From Macrostomum lignano (taxonomy: Eukaryota): DNA of 64,000 nt. Made by a program: the position numbers and the translations under genes. The stretch is taken from the NCBI GenBank assembly GCA_002269645.1, contig NIVC01002779.1:1-64000 (forward strand), given 5' to 3'. Below the pieces are notes generated by a model. It ran no database searches. It was not told the DNA's origin and saw only the letters and a list, made by a program, of their open reading frames with translations. Shown piece by piece: positions 39,644 to 52,665 of this stretch. Numbering within the stretch: position 1 is the first letter of the stretch; each line of letters begins with the position of its first letter.

Positions 39644-42600
39644 ATGATCCCCGGGGTTACCAGGCCGCTGCGCCTTCGAGCCGACGAGTCCATTCGCTCG
39701 GTTGCCGATCGATTTTTCACCCGACGCCGCAGAGGCGAGCAGCAGCCGCCGGAGGCGACGCTGCGCGATTTTCTTCGCCGTCATCCGGCCGCCGCGTCGT
39801 TGCCGCCGATACGCCTGCCGCTGCGGCTCGATCGGGCCGCCGTGTTTGCGCTGAAGTCCGTGCCTGAGAGCCCCGCTAATTTAGAGGCTCAGGCTGCGGT
39901 ACTCTGCAGGTTAGTCTGCTTTGCTTTGCGCTTTTATGAGTGTTTTTGGGCTAGGGTCATGGGAACCCGTCCTAGGGTCATGGAAACCTGTCTCTAGGGT
40001 CATGGAAACCTGTCTCTAGGGTCATGGAAACTTGTCTCTTGGGTCATGACAACCTGTCTCTAGGGTCATGGAAACCTGTCTCTAGGGTCATGGGAACCTG
40101 TCCCAGGGTCATGGAAACCTGTCTCTAGGGTCATGAAAACTTGTCTCTAGGGTCATGACAACCTGTCTCTAGGGTCATGACAACCTGTCTCTAGGGTCAT
40201 GACAACCTGTCTCTAGGGTCATGACAACCTGTCTCTAGGGTCATGACAACCTGTCTCTAGGGTCATGGAAACCTGTCTCTAGGGTGTTTGGAACCTGTCA
40301 AAGGTAGTCTAGGTAAGGGCAACCTATATTTAGTGTCAGGGGTCTAGGTTTGAACCAGTCTCTAGGGTTGAAAACAGAAATAATTGTAGAAATCTATAAA
40401 TCTGCAAAACCCGCAACGTAGTCGCTGGATGCTAGACGCTCCGCTGAAGGATCGGTACACCTACAAGAAAGAAGTTCTGCGCCGGTTAGAACAACGCGAC
40501 GCGAAGAAGTTAGAAGAGATGGCGGAAGCGGGCGCCCCGGAAGAGGAACAGGCAATGGAAGCTGCCAGGCAGAAGGCTGAACGACTCCAGGTAGGACATC
40601 GGCTGGAAGGGACCCTTACAACCCCCCAATCCTAAGTGTCAGCCGCTACCCTCCCCCAATCCTAAGTGTCAGCCGCTACCCTCCCCCAATCCTAAGTGTC
40701 AGCCGCTACCCTCCCCCAATCCTAAGTGTCAGCCGCTACCCTCCCCGATCCTAAGTGTCAGCCGCTACCCTCCCCCGATCCTAAGTGTCAGCCGCTACCC
40801 TCCCCCAATCCTAAGTGTCAGCCGCTACCCTCCCCCAGTCCTAAGTGTCAGCCGCTACCCTCCCCCAATCCTAAGTGTCAGCCGCTACCCTCCCCCAATC
40901 CTAAGTGTCAGCCGCTACCCTCCCCCAATCCTAAGTGTCAGCCGCTACCCTCCCCCAATCCTAAGTGTCAGCCGCTACCCTCCCCCAGTCCTAAGTGTCA
41001 GCCGCTACCCTCCCGCAATCCTAAGTGTCAGCCGCTACCCTCCCCCAATCCTAAGTGTCAGCCGCTACCCTCCCCCAATCCTAAGTGTCAGCCGCTACCC
41101 TCCCCCGATCCTAAGTGTCAGCCGCTACCCTCCCGCAATCCTAAGTGTCAGCCGCTACCCTCCCCCGATCCTAAGTGTCAGCCGCTACCCTCCCCCAATC
41201 CTAAGTGTCAGCCGCTACCCTCCCCCGATCCTAAGTGTCAGCCGCTACGCTTCCCCAATCCTAAGTGTCAGCCGCTACCCTCCCCCAATCCTAAGTGTCA
41301 GCCGCTACCCTCCCCCAATCCTAAGTGTCAGCCGCTACCCTCCCCCGATCCTAAGTGTCAGCCGCTACCCTCCCCCAATCCTAAGTGTCAGCCGCTACCC
41401 TCCCCCAATCCTAAGTGTCAGCCGCTACCCTCCCCCAATCCTAAGTGTCAGCCACTACCCTCCCCCAATCCTAAGTGTCAGCCGCTACCCTCCCCCAATC
41501 CTAAGTGTCAGCCGCTACCCTCCCCCAATCCTAAGTGTCAGCCGCTACCCTCCCCCGATCCTAAGTGTCAGCCGCTACCCTCCCCCATCCTAAGTGTCAG
41601 CCGCTACCCTCCCCCGATCCTAAGTGTCAGCCGCTACCCTCCCCCAATCCTAAGTGTCAGCCGCTACCCTCCCCCAATCCTAAGTGTCAGCCGCTACCCT
41701 CCCCCAATCCTAAGTGTCAGCCGCTACCCTCCCCCGATCCTAAGTGTCAGCCGCTACCCTCCCCCAATCCTAAGTGTCAGCCGCTACCCTCCCCCAATCC
41801 TAAGTGTCAGCCGCTACCCTCCCCCAGTCCTAAGTGTCAGCCGCTACCCTCCCCCAATCCTAAGTGTCAGCCGCTACCCTCCCCCAATCCTAAGTGTCAG
41901 CCGCTACCCTCCCCCAATCCTAAGTGTCAGCCGCTACCCTCCCCCAATCCTAAGTGTCAGACTCTACCCTCCCCCAATCCTAAGTGTCAGACGCTACCCT
42001 CCCCCAATCCTAAGTGTCAACCGCTACCCCACACCGCCAGCTGACGCCAATAGTGAAGCGGTACGCAGCCGCAGACAGCCGGCACACATTCAGCAATCGC
42101 AACTGCATCCTGTACATGGTAGCCCGACTGGCCCCCAACTACTCTGCTGGAGTCCGAGTGCTGTACCAGCTGCGCAAACGCTGGCCGGAATTCCGGCCTA
42201 GAACCCTGTTCGACTACGGCTCGGGCGTTGGGACCTCGGCCTGGGCTGCCAATACGGTTTGGCCGGGCCTGCTGCGCGAGCATTTCATGGTGGATCCGTG
42301 CTCCAGCATGAACTCGCTGGCCGGACTGCTTATGCAGGTTGTTGTTTATTCATTCTGTTATTAAACGTCTGCTGTATTTGCCTGCTTTGATTATAAAAGT
42401 AGAAAAATCCTGCTTTATACGCTTGTGCTACTCATTTATACAGTACTATATATCAGACTTATTTGAGGGTAATAAAGCAGAGGATTAGGGTTTAAGCTAC
42501 ATGGCTTAGGGTTTAATCTGTGGGGATTAGGGTTTAATCTGTATGGATTAGGGTTTAATTTACATGGATTAGGGTTTAATCTACATGGATTTGGGTTTAA

Positions 42601-44952
42601 TCTGTATATATTAGGGTTTAATTTACATGGATTAGGGTTTAATCTACATGGATTCGGGTTTAATCTACATGGATTTGAGTTTAATCTGCATAGATTTGGG
42701 TTTAATCTGTATATATTAGGCTTAGGGTTTAATCTACATGGATTTGGGTTTAATCTACATGGATTTGGGTTTAATCTACATGGATTTGGGTTTAATCTAC
42801 ATGGATTTGGGTTTAATCTACATGGATTTGGGTTTAATCTACATGGATTTGGGTTTAATCTACATGGATTTGGGTTTAATTTACATGGATTAGGGTTTAA
42901 TCTACATGGATTTGGGTTTAATCTGTATATATTAGGGTTTAATCTACATGGATTAGGGTTTAATCTACATGGATTAGGGTTTAATCTACATGGATTTGGG
43001 TTTAATCTACATGGATTTGGGTCCAAGCTGCGTGGATTTCAAGCTCAAGACATCAAACAGACAGCTTAAACGTTTAAGCTGCATTGGTTAGAGTTTAAAA
43101 TATACAAATCAACACCCTAAGAACCCAGCACCACTACTAAACAATTATGAGCTACTTGAAACGCACGCCACCGCAGGACGGATCCCCGCGCCGGCCCGCC
43201 TGCTTCCCGGGCGTCTTCCTGCGCCAGTTCCTGCCAGCCAGCGTGGATCGCCGCTACGATCTGGTGACCTGCGCGCACAGCCTGCTGACTCTGCAGGACG
43301 CCGGGCTCCGGGCCGACACTCTGGACACTCTGTGGGCCAAAGTTGAGCCGGGCGGCGCTCTGGTTATCATCGAATACGGCAACAGGGCCGGATTTGCCGC
43401 CGTGGCCGAGGCGCGCCAACACCTGCTGGATAATTATGGCCTGGCCGATGCGGACACCGGCCGGCTGTCACCTGTGGACGGCGCTCACATTGTGGCCCCG
43501 TGTCCGCACGACTCGCCCTGTCCGAGACTGGCCAAGCGGTGCAGCTTTCCCAACCAGTGATGAGTGGCAAAATTGTTAATATATGCTTTTCAGCGCACAT
43601 CTCGCAGTTCTGCGCCATGCTTGCAATCTCCTCCTGAGACCCTAATGATAATTTCTTTTCTGTAGCTTTTCTCGATCAATTAGAGAATCGCCTCGATCAA
43701 TAAATAATCGTCCCAATCAATTAGAGAATCGCCTCAATTAATTACAGAATCGCCTCGACAAATGAGAATCGCCTCAATCAATGAGAGAATCGCCTCAATT
43801 AATTAGAGAATCGCCTCGACAAATGAGAATCGCCTCAATCAATGAGAGAATCGCCTCGATCAATGAAAAATCGTCCCAATCAATTAGAGAATCGCCTCAA
43901 TTAATTACAGAATCGCCTCGACAAATGAGAATCGCCTCAATCAATGAGAGAATCGCCTCAATTAATTAGAGAATCGCCTCGACAAATGAGAATCGCCTCA
44001 ATCAATGACAGAATCGCCTCGATCAGTAATAGAATCTTTTCAATCAATTAGAAAATCGCCTCAATCAGTTAGAGAATCGCCTCAATCAATTAGAGAATCG
44101 CCTCAATCAATGAGAGAATCGCCTCAATCAATTAGAGAATCGCCTCAATCAATTAGAGAATCGCCTCAATCAATGAGAGAATCGCCTCAATCAATGAGAG
44201 AATCGCCTCAATCAATGAGAGAATCGCCTCAATCAATAATAGAATCTTTTCAATCAATGAGAGAATCGCCTCAATCAATGAGAGAATCGCCTCGATCAAT
44301 AATAGAATCTTTTCAATCAATTAGAGAATATGCAGACTATGCAGTTGGTCAAGCTAAACAACAAAAATACGAGGTGCTCCGCCTAAAGGGTCTATGTATC
44401 GAAAGGTCCAGCTAATGAGACTTTCAAACTCACGAAAAGTCAATCTAAATGCACATACACTAACAGACAGGCAGACAGGCTCTCTGTAACTATAGCTGTC
44501 CCAACTCACTCCCCAGGTACGTACAATTCCGCCTGAGCTCTCAGACGCCACCGGAAGTGCTAATGGACACCTTCGCCTACCTAATCATTGCCAAGGGGTC
44601 TCCGGGCGATCTGGCCCTGCCGGCCTGGCCTCGCATTATAGAAACCGGCTCCAGTCGCGTCCGGACCGATTCGGTTCGCCGACACGGGAAGGACTCGCAC
44701 GGTCAGGCGCTGGTCGGCCTTTGCCTGCCAAACGGCTCTGCCGGTTGCTACGGGTTCTCGCGCGGCAACACGGATCCGGATCTTCTGCTGGTCGCTCACG
44801 CCGCCAAAATCGGGGACCGACTGCCTGCGCTGGTGGACTCAGAGACCGGTGAATCGTGCCCAGAGCCGCTGCCCGAGCCAGACTGGGCGGACGATGAGGG
44901 CGAAAGCATTGAGGATCGAGTGGAGGAGAGCACTGGAGCAGTCAGCGGCTGA
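39644..44952 (+). CDS. METTL17: METTL17 / Rsm22 mitochondrial small-subunit assembly methyltransferase-like protein, about 515 aa; exons 39644-39909, 40422-40590, 42041-42337, 43177-43556, 44517-44952
   Basis: YMVARL...LFDYGSGVGT.AWAA..VW, PGVFLRQFLP, GALVIIEYGNRAGF..V.EAR, IVAPCPHDSPCP...CSF, WPRI and LCLPNG..GDRLP. All four introns are GT-AG and in phase (2, 0, 0, 2). Confidence 0.93.
39950..40300. repeat. 22-bp minisatellite (CTAGGGTCATGGAAACCTGTCT), METTL17 intron 1
   Basis: Directly visible. Confidence 0.95.
40625..42030. repeat. 30-bp minisatellite (CCTAAGTGTCAGCCGCTACCCTCCCCCAAT), METTL17 intron 2
   Basis: About 47 nearly identical units running up to the acceptor. Confidence 0.97.
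42480..43025. repeat. 21-bp minisatellite (GGGTTTAATCTACATGGATT[TA]), METTL17 intron 3
   Basis: Directly visible. Confidence 0.95.
43670..44325. repeat. About 21-bp minisatellite (GAGAATCGCCTCAATCAAT[GT]A), METTL17 intron 4
   Basis: Directly visible. Confidence 0.95.
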
Positions 44953-45019
44953 GGCCCGTTTATACGTCGTAGTTGCTTATGCATTGAGATTTATTCTATA
45001 TACTATTGTTGCAAATGTA

Positions 45020-45945
45020 TTCTGTCTGTAGTCTATGGGACTGGATTCTGTCTGTAGTCTATGGCACTGGATTCTGTCTGTAGTCTATGGCACTGGATTC
45101 TGTCTGTAGTCTATGGCACTGGATTCTGTCTGTAGTCTATGGCACTGGATTCTGTGTGTAGTCTATGGCACTGGATTCTGTGTGTAATCTATGGCACTGG
45201 ATTCTGTGTGTAGTCTATGGCACTGGATTCTGTGTGTAGTCTATGGCACTGTATTCTGTGTGTAGTCTATGGCACTGGATTCTGTGTGTAGTCTATGGCA
45301 CTGGATTCTGTGTGTATTCTATGGCACTGGATTCTGTGTGTATTCTATGGCACTGGATTCTGTGTGTAGTCTATGGCACTGGATTCTGTGTGTAGTCTAT
45401 GGCACTGGATTCTGTGTGTAGTCTATGGCACTGGATTCTGTGTGTAGTCTATGGCACTGGATTCTGTGTGTAGTCTATGGCACTGGATTCTGTGTGTAGT
45501 CTATGGCACTGGATTCTGTGTGTAGTCTATGGCACTGGATTCTGTGTGTATTCTATGGCACTGGATTCTGTGTGTATTCTATGGCACTGGATTCTGTGTG
45601 TAGTCTATGGCACTGGATTCTGTCTGTAGTCTATGGCACTGGATTCTGTGTGTAGTCTATGGCACTGTATTATGTGTGTATTCTATGGGATTGGATTCTG
45701 TGTGTAGTCTATGGCACTGTATTATGTGTGTATTCTATGGGATTGGATTCTGTGTGTAGTCTATGGCACTGGATTCTGTGTGTAGTCTATGGCACTGTAT
45801 TATGTGTGTATTCTATGGGATTGGATTCTGTGTGTAGTCTATGGCACTGGATTCTGTGTGTAGTCTATGGCACTGTATTATGTGTGTATTCTATGGGATT
45901 GGATTCTGTTTGTAGTCTATGGCACTGGATTCTGTCTGTAGTCTA
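45020..45945. repeat. 26-bp minisatellite (CTATGGCACTGGATTCTGTGTGTAGT) just 3' of METTL17
   Basis: Directly visible. Confidence 0.95.
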
Positions 45946-46259
45946 CACATGTCAATGGAAAGTCGGTTTTCTATCCAATTAATCTATTCTCAGCTGTTGC
46001 TGCATATTTTTCTATCTTTATGTGAATAAATTTTAGTAGGTAATTTCAAGTGCATTTACCTAATGCCTTGTTGCTGTCTAGCATACATTTATTTTGTTAC
46101 ATCTTCTGAGCACATAAAGTTGCCATCTCTGACTAGTATTGCCTGTTCTCCATTTAATCGATTCGCCTAAAAAGTGCACGAATTGAATTTACTTAACCAG
46201 GTGGGTAAAATCTATCCAAAGACGAACCATTTAATGGCCTTTGTGTTGGGTGTATTGAT

Positions 46260-47175
46260 CAGTGTTGGGCACTTCCGTTACCGAGTAACTTGCAAATGGT
46301 AACGCAAGTTACTTTTTCGTAAAGCGTTCCTTACGCAAGTTACTTTCCTATTTTGGTAACGGAGTAACGGTAAGTTACTCAAATTTCAGAAGTCCGTTAC
46401 AGTTACTTTGCAACAATCGCAATATTTAAATTTAAAACTGAAATGCTTAGCTATTACGCCGGTTGTCACATGTTTTTGCATTTTTCATTCCTAAATTCAA
46501 AATTAAGTGAATAGTATCATATACAGCACCATAGTATCATTAGTGAATAGTGAATAGTATCATTCCTAAATTCAAAATTAAGTGAATAGTATCATATGGT
46601 ATTGCGCTTAATTAATGAAGAAATACTTGAAACATGTTTTACTTTGTTAATTTCGGTAAAATATTGTCGCCTTTCATTTTCGTTACTAAAAATTTTCAAG
46701 TTTGATTCAAACAAACAACCAAAGAAAGAAATTCATCTGTAGCCTCCACAAGTCCCTCCACTGGCACTGCAGTACACTAAACCATTTTATACAGTTCTAT
46801 TTATTTTACTCTATTGAATTATTGATATTCGTTTATTTTATCATTTATAATTTTAATTATTGATTGCCATTGCCCATTGGTCCTTCTACTTGCCTCACAT
46901 CGTGTCGCCAATTCCTGTCTCTGTCTGTTAATCGGTTAATCCCAATGCCCAATGGCAAATTTCGGTAACAACAATGTGAAAAAATGTGCAATGTGAAAAA
47001 AAGCTGAAAATTTTTGTTAATAACATGGGTAACGGAAGTGAGTAACGGACAGTAACTTAAAAGTTACCAGATTTTTGTCTAAAGTTACTAGGCTAACGTA
47101 AGTTACCTTTTAAAAATTGGTAACTTAAGTTACAGTAACGCAAGTTACTTTTTTTTAGTAACTTGCCCAACACTG
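46260..47175. mobile_element. 916-bp non-autonomous hAT element
   Basis: TIR CAGTGTTGGGCA at both ends. 8-bp TSD GTATTGAT (46252-46259, 47176-47183). Dense subterminal GTAAC/GTTAC repeats. Confidence 0.92.
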
Positions 47176-49039
47176 GTATTGATTATGGGGCTGGTTGGAG
47201 TGGACTGAGACCGGCGAAGCGGGTGCGAAATGGTTAAATGAAAACTTCTACTTATCAACTGGTGAGGATTCCAGGACCGATTCTGGATGTTCCATCCATG
47301 TGCCAGCATGAAAGCTGAGCCAATCATTTTCGTTGAGACATGCGCATATAGAGCCAATTCATCAAGCATCGATGGACTCTATGTAGTGTATCCTGATTCA
47401 GCATTTCAATTCAATGGAGCTAATATTTTAAGACCTATTCGTACCGGTTACCTCTATAAAATGATCATGTACAGTACAGAAGGTGCAAACTTGTTATGCA
47501 CTACAGTGACTCTATGTAAATGTACAATCTGCGCAGTGATCTCTCTCTGTCCTCTCTATCTTTCTGTTTGGCTGCATCACGTATCGTGTGAATTGTAGGG
47601 CGCGGGGTCCAAGCGAGTGTATTTTTTTAATTCAGGGGTTGAGTGCAGATAAGAACGGGGGGTGGAATGGGCTACAGGTCAAAAGGGCGACAGTCGCAAT
47701 ATATTTATTAGAATTACAAGTTCACATGTATGATTAAAATTAGGCCTAGAATTGTGCGAGCGTATTTGTTAGATTTGTTAAAATATACGAGTAGCGGTAT
47801 GGAATATGCGATCTATCTTATGATTCTTAGCTGACAGTTGAAAAGCTTTATGAATATCAATAGAGCTAAAAGAAAGGCAGAACATAGCAAACAATGAACA
47901 TTGAGGCTTCCTTCTATTTCGAAAGCAATAACAATTTTTGTGCTTAAAATGGAAACTGTTTATCTCCGTAGTGTATTTTTCGGAAAAACCTGCCTCGTAA
48001 AGTTTTCTAAGAAACGAGGTTTTCCGGTTTTTGATACTTTAGTAGTCCTTAGCTTGGTGCATTAATTTACACGCATGTAGAATATGCCAATACAAGTCTA
48101 CAAGTCGCCCTTTTGATCGGTTCCAGTGGAGTGCGCGACTGAGACTAGTCGAGATTGAAGAGCCAATCAGAAGGCAGCGTGGGAGAGAGAAGAATAATAA
48201 GACTGAACTATGGAGAGAGGGAGAAATGACTAAGAATGTCACAAAAAAGAAAATGTAAATTGAACCAAAAAACATCATTTGCAGTTAAATGAAGATACGA
48301 GAGTATAAAATACGAATGGTTTTATGAAACGAACCAATATAACCAGTTAAAGATAAGCGAGCTAGCTCGTGTTTAGGGCATTTCTGACTATTTTCCGAGT
48401 TATCCAAGATTTGGCAACAGCCAAAACCGCTAATTGGCAGATTGATTGACTTCAACTCACTTGCACTGCAATCACGCAAGGTTTTCCAGCTCTCGCTCAG
48501 GCGCACTGGGTCTGGGGTTTATTCAGTAATTGTATTCAGTATTCAGTAATACATGTATTCAGTAATTGCTGCAACGATTGTCTGAGCAAATAGCAGAGTT
48601 ACCAATGCCACCTTAATCTTAGATTCTTTGTCATTCCTGAAAAGCGGTTTTTCGCCTTTTTGACCCGCAGAACACAGATCCAACTAATCCACTATGATCG
48701 GCAGCTGTCGCTCAAATTTACGAGTTTGAGCCGAAGCCCTCGTCTAGACCTGCGCCAGAGATTAAAAATGGCGGGAGCTGCGAAACAGGCGAGGGAAAAT
48801 CCCGACAGATTTCTTTCAAAAGCTTCCACTCCACTCCGAGGGTCGCCAAGGCATGTGGCTTCTACTTTCATAACAGTGTCAGTGCGTTGTGCGCAGAATT
48901 ATTGGAAATAATACCTTACTAAATAATAAGATTTCTTGAGGTAGCGATTAGTAGCCTAAATCAATCTAACGCTTAGTCTCTATACTCGTATGTACTATGT
49001 ACTTTAAAATCGTTTCTGTCTCTAGCCGTTTTAGGGTGT

Positions 49040-49455
49040 TGACCTATCTAGTCACTCTAGTGTCTGGCCAATCTAGTCACTCTAGTGTCTGGCCAATCTA
49101 GTCACTCTAGTGTCTGGCCAATCTAGTCACTCTAGTGTCTGGCCCATCTAGTCACTCTAGTGTCTGGCCAATCTAGTCACTCTAGTGTCTGGCCAATCTG
49201 TCACTCTAGTGTCTGGCCAATCTAGTCACTCTAGTGTCTGGCCAATCTAGTCACTCTAGTGTCTGGCCCATCTAGTCACTCTAGTGTCTGGCCCATCTAG
49301 TCACTCTAGTGTCTGGCCCATCTAGTCACTCTAGTGTCTGGCCCATCTAGTCACTCTAGTGTCTGGCCCATCTAGTCACTCTAGTGTCTGGCCAATCTAG
49401 TCACTCTAGTGTCTGGCCCATCTAGTCACTCTAGTGTCTGGCCCATGTAGTCACT
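49040..49455. repeat. 25-bp minisatellite (CTAGTCACTCTAGTGTCTGGCC[AC]AT)
   Basis: Directly visible. Confidence 0.95.
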
Positions 49456-50264
49456 TAGTTTATTTGGCCTTCACGAGCAGGACTCAATCAATGCTAGATA
49501 GTGTAATATGTAGAGCTGAGTTGAATAATAGCCGAGTCTTCCAGAGCGCTCGTATCTCGGCCATTCAACTCATGCTCAGTAACATACGCTCTTACTGAAC
49601 AAGTGCATTCTATATGTATTTGCCCAGCACAGCTAGATGTCATTATTTCACACTTATTTTATGCTAACGCAAAGACACGGAGGGGTGGATCGATAATAAA
49701 CGAGGAAAATCAGTCACATGATGAAATCTGTACTCAAGGGTAAAAGTACATCGAGAAGCAACTGTAAAATAATGGGCCAAAACAAATTGCCATTGAAGGT
49801 AGGGCCGGGTGAAGGTAGATCAATGATCTGCTCAGTCATTTTTTGAATAGTAGCCATGCACTTTAGTTTTACAATCAGCTGTTAAACGCTGACTTTTCAC
49901 AGCAGCACTGATAAGCGACTCCATTGGGTGTACATTTAGCAGTGCAGCCAACTTTTGTTTGGTCTCGTGCAACCGAAGTTTTTTCGTTAGCTACTCGTAA
50001 TTGATTGAGACCCCAGGAGGCGGGGTTAGTTGGAAAACTGACTCGAATTATTGTAATTTATTTGCAAATAGTCTCGTTTCTATGCAAATAAGTTTGCTAT
50101 AATTAGATTTACAAAATATGAGCTGCACAGAAGCTAGTCAACCTCCCTGATGATGGTCTGGAGTTTGCTAGTCGCTAACTTGGGCTGTATTAACGATGCA
50201 CTGGTAGAACCGTGTTTAGCAGGGCGATTTATTGGACTCCGTCAGGATTAAATTGGCAACATCT

Positions 50265-51000
50265 TTGCGCTCCTGTGTCTGCCTGCGCTCCTGTGTCTCC
50301 CTGCGCTCCTGTGTCTCCCTGCGCTCCTGTGTCTCCCTGCGCTCCTGTGTCTCCCTGCGCTCCTGTGTCTCCCTGCGCTCCTGTGTCTCCCTGCGCTCCT
50401 GTGTCTCCCTGCGCTCCTGTGTCTCCCTGCGCTCCTGTGTCTCCCTGCGCTCCTGTGTCTCCCTGCGCTCCTGTGTCTCCCTGCGCTCCTGTGTCTCCCT
50501 GCGCTCCTGTGTCTCCCTGCGCTCCTGTGTCTCCCTGCGCTCCTGTGTCTCCCTGCGCTCCTGTGTCTCCCTGCGCTCCTGTGTCTCCCTGCGCTCCTGT
50601 GTCTCCCTGCGCTCCTGTGTCTCCCTGCGCTCCTGTGTCTCCCTGCGCTCCTGTGTCTCCCTGCGCTCCTGTGTCTCCCTGCGCTCCTGTGTCTCCCTGC
50701 GCTCCTGTGTCTCCCTGCGCTCCTGTGTCTCCCTGCGCTCCTGTGTCTCCCTGCGCTCCTGTGTCTCCCTGCGCTCCTGTGTCTCCCTGCGCTCCTGTGT
50801 CTCCCTGCGCTCCTGTGTCTCCCTGCGCTCCTGTGTCTCCCTGCGCTCCTGTGTCTCCCTGCGCTCCTGTGTCTCCCTGTGCTCCTGTGTCTCCCTGCGC
50901 TCCTGTGTCTCCCTGCGCTCCTGTGTCTCTGTGCGCTCCTGTGTCTCTGTGCGCTCCTGTGTCTCCCTGCGCTCCTGTGTCTCCCTGTGCTCCTGTGTCT
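50265..51000. repeat. 18-bp minisatellite (GCGCTCCTGTGTCTCCCT), almost perfect
   Basis: About 40 units; stop-free in several frames, which produces spurious ORFs. Confidence 0.97.
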
Positions 51001-51462
51001 CGATACTCGATATCGAATCAAGTACTCGATAAATATATAGGTTTAAAAGGCCGAAACAATATGCAATAACAGCACTCAAGGAAGCTGGCTTGCTCAGAAA
51101 TTTAATTCTATTTCCCCTCTTCCGATTAAAAATTGGAATAATTTGTTGAAAGTATAGCAATCTAATGAAGGTTACAACCACCATTTTGTTTTGAGTCTAT
51201 TGGCATCAACTAGAGCAAATTATGTACGACATTTTAGTAATCAAAGGACAACAATAAAAGTTTTTACGAGTACACATGTTTTGTTGAAATTGTGGAAATA
51301 TCCAGCAAAAAAGAAAGCGAGCCAACAATCGTCCGTCCTCTGAGAAGCGCATTGTGCAGGGGTTCAAATTTCAAACGCAAACTGTCGAAGATCTGGGGCT
51401 TGAGCCAGCGTCCCTTTTTTCTTGTCAACTCCCAACGACCACCAGAAAATTCCGAGAACCGA

Positions 51463-52196
51463 GCAACAACCCCTACAAATGAGCAACAACCCCTACAAAT
51501 AGCAACAACCCCTACAAATGAGCAACAACCCCTACAAATGAGCAACAACCCCTACAAATGAGCAACAACCCCTACAAATAGCAACAACCCCTACAAATGA
51601 GCAACAACCCCTACAAATGATCAACAACCCCTAGAAATGAGCAGCAACCCCTACAAATGAGCAACAACCCCTACAAATAGCAACAACCCCTACAAATAGC
51701 AACAACCCCTACAAATGAGCAACAACCCCTACAACTAGCAACAACCCCTACAAATGAGCAATAACCCCTACAAATGATCAACAACCCCTAGAAATGAGCA
51801 GCAACCCCTACAAATGATCAACAACCCCTACAAATGAGCAACAACCCCTACAAATAGCAACAACCCCTACAAATGAGCAACAACCCCTACAAATAGCAAC
51901 AACCCCTACAAATAGCAACAACCCCTACAGATGAGCAATAACCCCTACAAATGATCAACAACCCCTAGAAATGAGCAGCAACCCCTACAAATGATCAACA
52001 ACCCCTACAAATGATCAACAACCCCTACAAATGAGCAACAACCCCTACAAATAGCAACAACCCCTACAAATGAGCAACAACCCCTACAAATAGCAACAAC
52101 CCCTACAAATGAGCAACAACCCCTACAAATAGCAACAACCCCTACAAATGAGCAACAACCCCTACAAATAGCAACAACCCCTACAAATGAGCAACT
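51463..52196. repeat. 19/20-bp minisatellite (AGCAACAACCCCTACAAAT[G])
   Basis: Directly visible. Confidence 0.95.
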
Positions 52197-52665
52197 CTAC
52201 TTGCGTCGCAACATACTCTGCAGTGTTTTATCAATAGGAAAGGACGATATCACGCCTTCCCCCTGAGCAGTTGGGATATTTGAATGGGGCGGACAGCTGC
52301 CTGAAACAGGACGCGATCTTCCAGTCTCGGTGCTCTCTGCTCTTCGCCTCCTCCCCCCACAGATCACCTGCCGTTTTGCTCATTAAAAAGCTTCCTGCTC
52401 TAACCCTGCTCTCTAATGATGCGTTTGGGTCTATCCACTGAGTCAATGAAGCCTCCCATACACGGCCTGGGGGGATCAAATGCTCCAGTCTACTTGTAGC
52501 CGAAATCCGCTGTCGGACCTTGCTAGTTCGGCTGTACCCCTCCTCAATCTATGGCCAATGTGGGCGATCCCAGCTGGCTTAGTTCTGAAACAAATGCTTG
52601 AATCTGCCTGCTTGAGCCTGTCTGAACCTGCACGCGATAAAACGGGTTTGTTAGTGCTTGTCTCT

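Noticed and set aside
40726-42201. 491-aa PSPNPKCQPL repeat ORF (extensin-like)
   Set aside because: It is the 30-bp minisatellite inside METTL17 intron 2. Units lack codon-position bias and the frame shifts mid-array.
42480-43025. Telomere-like TTAGGG/TTTGGG words (also GGTTAG at 5858-6845)
   Set aside because: They are single words inside longer units, not telomeric tracts.
43555-43563. TGA readthrough or selenocysteine in METTL17
   Set aside because: A GT donor at 43557 with the acceptor at 44516 restores the homologous sequence without recoding.
50212-51184. Four long repeat ORFs (CAPVSP, ETQERR, SLRSCV, HRSAGR)
   Set aside because: An 18-bp unit is stop-free in several frames on both strands; there is no start or splice context.
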